A stretch of 64,000 nt of DNA from an uncultured Ignavibacteriales bacterium (lineage in GTDB: Bacteria; Bacteroidota; Ignavibacteria; UBA10030; SZUA-254): positions 806,709 through 870,708 of the forward strand of contig CAVQPS010000009.1 in the NCBI GenBank assembly GCA_963714795.1, in the 5' to 3' direction. The notes beneath the pieces are model-generated. The model did not search any database. It worked only from the letters and a program-made list of their open reading frames with translations, and was not told the origin of the DNA. Positions 59,571-64,000 of this stretch are shown here, in pieces. Every line of letters starts with the position of its first letter. The stretch's first letter is position 1. Position numbers and translations under genes: made by a program.

Positions 59571-60842
59571 CTAAATACTTGACCAGACAAGAATCCGCTT
59601 TCTTGAAAAGCTTTTTGTTTTTCTTGCTTTCGCAGACATTTCGACTCGCGGGGATTTGTATGTTTTTCGCAGTCGTTCCTGTACATTTTGTAAGTAAGCA
59701 AAATGCACCGGTGAGTGATGTTGCATCATATCGATGTACAGGTTGTCGTACCATTTTTTATTGATCGTGATCGCTTCGAAAATCAGTAGCCGGCAGCTTT
59801 GCTCAATCAATGTCCGAAATTTTTGCGATTCTGCGGACTGCTCACCCTCAACCGGGCCGGTGACAACATCAAGAAACGATAGAAGATGATTTGTAAAGAA
59901 GTGAAGCGATTTTCGACAGGCAAACGCTCCTGCCAATGTTCGCTGGTTACGGCAACGGTCTTCTTCGATGTCCTGGAGATCGTCGATAAGTTGAAGCAGC
60001 ACGCCGAACCGGAATAAAAAGACCGCGTCGGCTTCGGATAAATCACCCGCCACGAGGTAACCATCTGCAAGTACCGATGTTCCGCCCTTTTCGATGCTGA
60101 TATCGAGCAAATCATCCGGCGTGAGATCGGTACCGTTGAATTGAAAAACGCTTCTCGTTTGTCCCTGATGAATTGCGATCATGCTTTCAAATACTTGAGG
60201 GCAATCGGTCCGATCGAATTCTTGTTCAACCATGCAAACAAGACGATCAATTGTCCGCTCGCGGCTGTTGTGTGCCGGAACGACAATACCGTTCAGGCGA
60301 AGAAGGAGACGATCGTTTGCCTCGCGCTTCATCTGAATATCGACATCCATAGCGTCAAGATAATTATCGGTGTAGGGATATAACATGCTGTAAGCAAAAA
60401 CAGACGGTGTGAGACAAATTTCTCTGCCGAGATACATCTGGATGGAATTCATAATGAGAACATTCCGGGAGGCCTGGTAGACCGCCTCATCACCGATATC
60501 GGGATCGAAATCATACGCACGCCGGATAAATTCATCCGTAACTGTGGAAAACCTCGTTTCCATGTCATCATCAATGATGCAATCGAAGCTGTGGAGGAGT
60601 TGAACAATGGCCCGTTGAATTCGACTTCGTACTTCCAACCGGTTTTTTTTCTCAATACGTTTGCCCTGTTTCCTGATGATGCTTGCGGTCGTATCGACGT
60701 CGCGCATCAGCCGGTCGATTTCAGCCTCTTTCTGCAGTTGTTGCTCTGCAGTATAAGAGTGATTTCGCTGAGGAACATGAGTCGACGAACGGGTCCAAAG
60801 GTCGAAGGAGTCTGTTTTTAGTGTATCAATTGTCGTCCGCAC
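59571..60842 (-). CDS. Hypothetical protein with isoprenoid-synthase-like Asp-rich motifs
   Basis: 423 aa, no signal peptide. GVLLQLIDDLQDIEEDRCRNQRT resembles the GxxFQxxDDxxD motif of polyprenyl synthases and the DxxED motif of squalene/phytoene synthases. An upstream YDFDPDIGDE / DNYLDAMD may be a second acidic motif. Confidence 0.35.
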   Translation of the reverse strand: MRTTIDTLKTDSFDLWTRSSTHVPQRNHSYTAEQQLQKEAEIDRLMRDVDTTASIIRKQGKRIEKKNRLEVRSRIQRAIVQLLHSFDCIIDDDMETRFSTVTDEFIRRAYDFDPDIGDEAVYQASRNVLIMNSIQMYLGREICLTPSVFAYSMLYPYTDNYLDAMDVDIQMKREANDRLLLRLNGIVVPAHNSRERTIDRLVCMVEQEFDRTDCPQVFESMIAIHQGQTRSVFQFNGTDLTPDDLLDISIEKGGTSVLADGYLVAGDLSEADAVFLFRFGVLLQLIDDLQDIEEDRCRNQRTLAGAFACRKSLHFFTNHLLSFLDVVTGPVEGEQSAESQKFRTLIEQSCRLLIFEAITINKKWYDNLYIDMMQHHSPVHFAYLQNVQERLRKTYKSPRVEMSAKARKTKSFSRKRILVWSSI

Positions 60843-61182
60843 GATGGTATCGGAGAGTTAGGAAGCCAAAAGGAAATTCATAATCTACTTTTGGTACGAC
60901 GAAGGAAGGGAAAAGTTACATTCTTGAGTATTTGAAGGAAGTGAAGATGATGGATGATCTGCTCTTTATCGCTTATCTAACAGTGTGGGCCCGTCACGCA
61001 TATTATATAGAGAACCTAAAATGGTAAAAATAAGGCGGTGACAAGAAAATGGAAAAGTTGACGGAAAATATAAAGTGCCGTTATAATCTTTAGAAAAATG
61101 CGGTCACTTTTTGGAGTGCGGGTTATATCTCACCATAAACCCCAAAGGCAGGAAAAGGATATTTAGGTTCCCGGATTTCAGA

Positions 61183-62007
61183 TCATCCGGCTAATGTTCG
61201 ATCGATCGTACCGAGCAGGTCTGAACGCATCAATGGCTTAGCAATGAAATCCGAAGCGCCTAATTCTTTGGCCTCCACCGCCAGTTTCAGTTCGCTGTAT
61301 GCACTAACAATGACGACTTTGGTTTTGATGGAATGTTCCTGGATGAATTTCATCACACCGTATCCCGAGACCATCGGCATGAAAATATCCAATAGCACGA
61401 GATCGAATTGTTCCTTCTGTAACTTGTCGATTGCTTCACTCCCGTCTTCCGCCTGTGTGATAGAAAAGCCTTCGTTGGCAAGCATTTCGTTCACCACGAA
61501 GCGAAAAGCGTCATCGTCATCTACCAGAAGAATCCGTTTACCCTTCCGATCTTTTTCGGGTGGAGGTTCGTTCGCCAAAGGATGAGTGGCTGTCGTAGGA
61601 TTCAGAGAAGGCACGGTATTGGCAACCTCGGGAGAGTGTGGTGCGACGTGAGGATGTGGGGCGGTGAGGTTTTGAAAGTGCCGTAACATTTCAGCAACGG
61701 AGCTTTCTTGCCGGACGACGACACAGTCCTTCTCGCTGATCTGTGTGACTTTGGATGGATCCCCTTCCGAAGAGATGAAGATGAATGGAAGTCTTCCGGC
61801 AATTCCCTGCGCAGCACGATGGAACTCTACTCCATCCATGGATGGCATATAGAGATCAGAGATAACTATGTCCACCTTCTCGGTTTGAAGCGCGCGCAAC
61901 CCCGCCCGGGCACTGCTGGCAAGCGAAACGGTAAATCCCTCCCGCACAATCTCAGAACGAATCTGAAACCGCCTTGCCGCATTATTTGTTACGACCAAAA
62001 TATGCAT
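61183..62007 (-). CDS. Orphan response regulator with two tandem receiver (REC) domains and no output domain
   Basis: REC1 HILVV...DIVISDLYMPSMDG. A Pro/His/Thr-rich linker. REC2 RILLVDDDDAFR...DLVLLDIFMPMVSG...FIAKP. Confidence 0.8.
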   Translation of the reverse strand: MHILVVTNNAARRFQIRSEIVREGFTVSLASSARAGLRALQTEKVDIVISDLYMPSMDGVEFHRAAQGIAGRLPFIFISSEGDPSKVTQISEKDCVVVRQESSVAEMLRHFQNLTAPHPHVAPHSPEVANTVPSLNPTTATHPLANEPPPEKDRKGKRILLVDDDDAFRFVVNEMLANEGFSITQAEDGSEAIDKLQKEQFDLVLLDIFMPMVSGYGVMKFIQEHSIKTKVVIVSAYSELKLAVEAKELGASDFIAKPLMRSDLLGTIDRTLAG

Positions 62008-62285
62008 AACTCCCCTCCGCTCCCGCGGGTATAGAAATGGTCCCTTTACTCTTTAAAAAATGTACAAAAGAGGAAGTACAAAAGCAATCCTCCAATTGGC
62101 ATGACGCACGGAGTTTTTCGATGGATGAAGTGGGAAAATGGGGTGGGTCATCGTGATACGTATAACGTTTTGTGATTTGTCTCACAGGAATATACGCCAT
62201 GGGGTTAATCTAGATCACAGCCCCTGTTGCCATTATTAATAAATGTCCTAATTTTGAGTTATCATAACAATTATACCGGAGCTCA

Positions 62286-63368
62286 ATGGGAGAGATGGTA
62301 TTACATGAACGCGAAATAATGCAAGGTGTCAGCAATCGTGATGAGGCCTTGCTTGCGCGGTTATATGATCTATACGGTCAAACCGTTTACAACCTGGTTT
62401 ATTACATCACCCACTCGATTGAAGAAGCTGAAACGCTCACACAGGATGTGTTTTTAACAATCTGGCAGAAAGCGTCATCAATCGACCTGCAACGCGGGAC
62501 CGTTGAAGACTGGATTCTTAACAAGGCCAAAGAAGTTGCTGTCGTACGATCCCAGTCGAATCTGCAAACGATGGTCATCAAGCAGAAACTTAATGGCAAT
62601 GCACAAACGTTTGTCGAAAAGGAAACTAACCGGATCAAAGAACTCTCCTCTGTTAATCCGGTATTACTGAAAAATGTTTTACTGAGTCCCGAAGTAAAAG
62701 AAAATATCTTTTTCACCATTCATGTGGCTCGGATTGCAGAAGCGGAAACCCAAACTTTTCGCAAAAACGGAAATCAAACGTCAATAAATCAAAAGAATGG
62801 CGTGCCCTGGTTCCACAAAAAAATTTGTTGGCCTGTCATCGAAAAAGCGCTTGCTGCGATTGCTGTTATCGTCTTTATTGCATTACTCATCGATGTCATA
62901 TTGATAAAAATCGATCGCCAGGGGGAAATTATTTCACAGCAATACAATAGAAATGTTCAACTTGAGCGTGAAATTGATGAGAAGCAAAATGTTGTGGATT
63001 TTTTTCAAGCCCGCAGATTGTCCATGATCTTTCTCGCGGGACTGAGCACCGATTCCATGGTGTCGGGAAAAATATTTTGGGATCCGGACCGGAAGATAGC
63101 ACTACTGCAGTTTTTAAATCTCCGGGCAACACTTCCCAATGAGAATTATCAACTCTGGGTGACAAGAAATTCATCGGTCACAAATGTTTGCGAGTTTGAA
63201 ATAACTCAACCCGGAAAATCATTCTGTAAAATCCTGCCACTCGATCTTCTTGCGCCTGCCAAAGTTTCTGTCATAGAGCTGAGAGTGGAACCGAAGGATG
63301 AAATTTCAAAGCCAGACGGCGAGGCAGTTTTGTCGGCAATTTTACCACACGTAATTATCTTCGGCTAA
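62286..63368 (+). CDS. Fusion protein: an ECF sigma-70 region-2-like N-terminus, one TM helix, and a C-terminal anti-sigma-K (RskA)-like domain
   Basis: LLARLYDLYGQTVYNLVYYITHSIEEAETLTQDVFLTIWQKASSID...WILNKAKEVAV gives sigma regions 2.1-2.4. TM helix ALAAIAVIVFIALLIDVILI. C-terminal YQLWVT...VSVIELRVEPK resembles RskA_C. Confidence 0.6.
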   Translation: MGEMVLHEREIMQGVSNRDEALLARLYDLYGQTVYNLVYYITHSIEEAETLTQDVFLTIWQKASSIDLQRGTVEDWILNKAKEVAVVRSQSNLQTMVIKQKLNGNAQTFVEKETNRIKELSSVNPVLLKNVLLSPEVKENIFFTIHVARIAEAETQTFRKNGNQTSINQKNGVPWFHKKICWPVIEKALAAIAVIVFIALLIDVILIKIDRQGEIISQQYNRNVQLEREIDEKQNVVDFFQARRLSMIFLAGLSTDSMVSGKIFWDPDRKIALLQFLNLRATLPNENYQLWVTRNSSVTNVCEFEITQPGKSFCKILPLDLLAPAKVSVIELRVEPKDEISKPDGEAVLSAILPHVIIFG

Positions 63369-63514
63369 GAATAAGAGTAATCGTGCATTTCCTCAGTTTG
63401 GTTGTTAGTACGATGTTTCATCCCAGGTCAGGAATCAGATTGGTCCTCGTAGAGTAAGGACTAATAAAAAAATGTCACAGTATTCTTTTCCTTGAAGTAA
63501 CTTACCCTCAAGAC

Positions 63515-63549
63515 AAAACCTCAACCGATGTATCAACGATTGAGGTTTT
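63515..63549. terminator. Bidirectional terminator hairpin between convergent genes
   Basis: AAAACCTCAA...TTGAGGTTTT near-palindrome. A-run and T-run on either side. Confidence 0.6.
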
Positions 63550-63560
63550 ATGTGATCCGT

Positions 63561-63917
63561 TCAGATGGTTTCTTTCTGTGTTTGCGATTCACCGGAATCC
63601 CAACCACAGCGACGCCGCCATTCCTGTCTGAATTTTTCCCGTTCTTCGGGCGCCATCGATGACAGTTTGTCCTCAAGACGGTGTTTCCACCGATCATGTC
63701 GCCAGCCATTCGCATACCGCCATCTTCCCCATCCGCGCAGGAGTATGTGAGAAAGTATCAGCAATCCCACGGCTTGCCAAAATGTAATGACCGGTCCTTT
63801 GAAGATGTCCGGAACCAGCGCATTCCACAGCAGCATCACGGCAAATCCCAGAACGATGCTTCCAACAATGATCATGAGAAAAAATTTTCCGATTGTCAAT
63901 GGCCATCTGTGTTTCAT
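63561..63917 (-). CDS. Small membrane protein (two TM helices, Arg/Trp-rich C-terminus)
   Basis: 118 aa: MKHRWPLTIGKFFLMIIVGSIVLGFAVMLLW.... No recognisable family. Confidence 0.45.
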   Translation of the reverse strand: MKHRWPLTIGKFFLMIIVGSIVLGFAVMLLWNALVPDIFKGPVITFWQAVGLLILSHILLRGWGRWRYANGWRHDRWKHRLEDKLSSMAPEEREKFRQEWRRRCGWDSGESQTQKETI

Positions 63918-64000
63918 ATTTCACTCCTATAGATTTTGAATGTCGTCATAAAGTTCTTTGAGTTGTTCCCGCAAAAATAATACTGCATACCGCTTGCGGG

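Overview
This 64 kb window looks like bacterial chromosome, apparently from an FCB-group organism (Bacteroidota/Ignavibacteriota-like). That placement rests on a T9SS C-terminal sorting domain, TonB/OMP_b-brl-type outer-membrane proteins and about 48% GC. Genes are densely packed and almost all are recognisable, so it reads as mostly core genome with a few accessory-looking islands. In order, the window holds: a Kdp K+ uptake/sensing locus (kdpA partial, kdpB, a porin, a kdpD that is interrupted by a frameshift, kdpE) with no kdpC where it is expected; a large CarboxypepD_reg/Plug outer-membrane barrel with a (GGN)n glycine-rich linker; ilvE; a secreted eukaryote-type GH47 alpha-mannosidase; an MFS transporter; murA; a glycosylation block (Dpm1/Ppm1-like GT2, a TMTC-like GT-C protein with TPR repeats, a large polytopic HExxH membrane protein, a GT39/ArnT-like GT-C protein, a GT9 heptosyltransferase-like protein); eno; modAB; a phosphohexomutase; osmC; an aspartate-family aminotransferase; a YerC/TrpR-family regulator with a palindromic operator directly upstream of a complete hisGDCBHAF(IE) operon; an ATP-grasp protein translationally coupled to a roughly 1190-aa GH13-family protein, followed by glgC and glgA; a TsdA-like diheme cytochrome c; a Tat-signal protein; amt followed by a porin gene; a B12-binding radical SAM protein; a T9SS-sorted eight-blade FG-GAP-like propeller protein; a serine hydrolase; an SPFH protein; a divergent isoprenoid-synthase-like protein; a tandem-REC response regulator; and a fusion of an ECF sigma region 2 with an RskA-like anti-sigma domain. 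I recognised no rRNA, tRNA or CRISPR. Three genes are interrupted by +/-1 frameshifts that each fall inside a short homopolymer; these are either genuine pseudogenes or assembly indel errors. The most system-like candidate is the block at 18.5-26.2 kb, which looks like a polyprenyl-phosphate-hexose-dependent (protein O-mannosylation-like) glycosylation module together with the nearby bacterial GH47 mannosidase. All product calls come from motif and family recognition by eye, not from database searches.
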